From a virus (lineage: Duplodnaviria > Caudoviricetes): DNA of 64,000 nt. Position 1 is the first letter of the stretch. Each line of letters begins with the position of its first letter. Below the pieces are notes generated by a model. That model ran no database searches and was not told the DNA's origin. It saw only the letters and a list, made by a program, of their open reading frames with translations. This document shows positions 63,576 to 64,000 of the stretch, in pieces. Position numbers and translations under genes: made by a program. Location of the stretch: positions 170,377 to 234,376 of IMG/VR virus record IMGVR_UViG_3300037067_015585; one strand, written 5' to 3'.

Positions 63576-64000
63576 GTGATTTGTAAATGTGCCATTGGCA
63601 CCCAGACCATACCAGACCCAGCCAAACCAGACCTCGCCACACCCGACCTCACCTCACCGGGCCGTACCATGCCTTATTCGTCTTGATTTATAAATGTACC
63701 ATTGGTACCCAAACCCGACCCCACCAAACCCGGCCCAACCACACCCTACCACACCTGACCTGACCGTACCGAGCCACTTCTTGATTTGTAAATGTGCCAT
63801 TGGCACCCAGACCAGACCAAGCCGCGCCACACCTTACCGTACCCGACCCCACCGTGCCATACCGCACCGCACCAGATCTATTGGCTTGTAAATGTGCCAT
63901 TGGCACCCAGACCTCACCCCGCCAGACCCCGCCGCACCATACCTCGCCGCACCTCGCCGCACCTCGCCGCACCACGCCCCATCGCTCTTGATTTATAAAT
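63576..64000 (-). repeat. GGY-NN array 2 (truncated by window end)
   Basis: Reverse complement of the same 29-nt repeat at 63576, 63683, 63781, 63881 and 63988 (partial); RCC-NN periodic tracts on the + strand. Confidence 0.9.

Noticed and set aside
63688-63998. Four overlapping ORFs over array 2
   Set aside because: Same artefact; the repeat falls in different frames in successive units

Overview
Gene-dense, AT-rich segment of what looks like a jumbo/huge tailed phage genome. Support: a T4 gp21-like prohead protease, a gp55/sigma-like protein, five scattered tRNAs, many short hypothetical ORFs and two recurring promoter classes. The CsrA resembles Planctomycete-type sequences, a tentative host hint. 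Auxiliary genes include glycosyltransferases, RarA, SpeD, peptidases, an adenine MTase, a PurZ-like and a second PurA-like enzyme, and a Ro60/TROVE gene preceded by a cluster of Y-RNA-like tRNA mimics. The main signal is two non-coding arrays (38756-39190 on +, 63576-64000 on -, the second cut by the window end). In both, a conserved 29-nt palindromic repeat separates tracts of strictly alternating constant GGY and variable NN. Read as codon positions 1-2 with the wobble base skipped, the NN dinucleotides spell plausible peptides (e.g. VLDPY[MI]G[FL]G[SR]T, [MI]TP[DE][DE]RV[DE]L). This suggests guide RNAs with a gapped, non-contiguous targeting code. All calls were made by eye from motifs; no searches were run.
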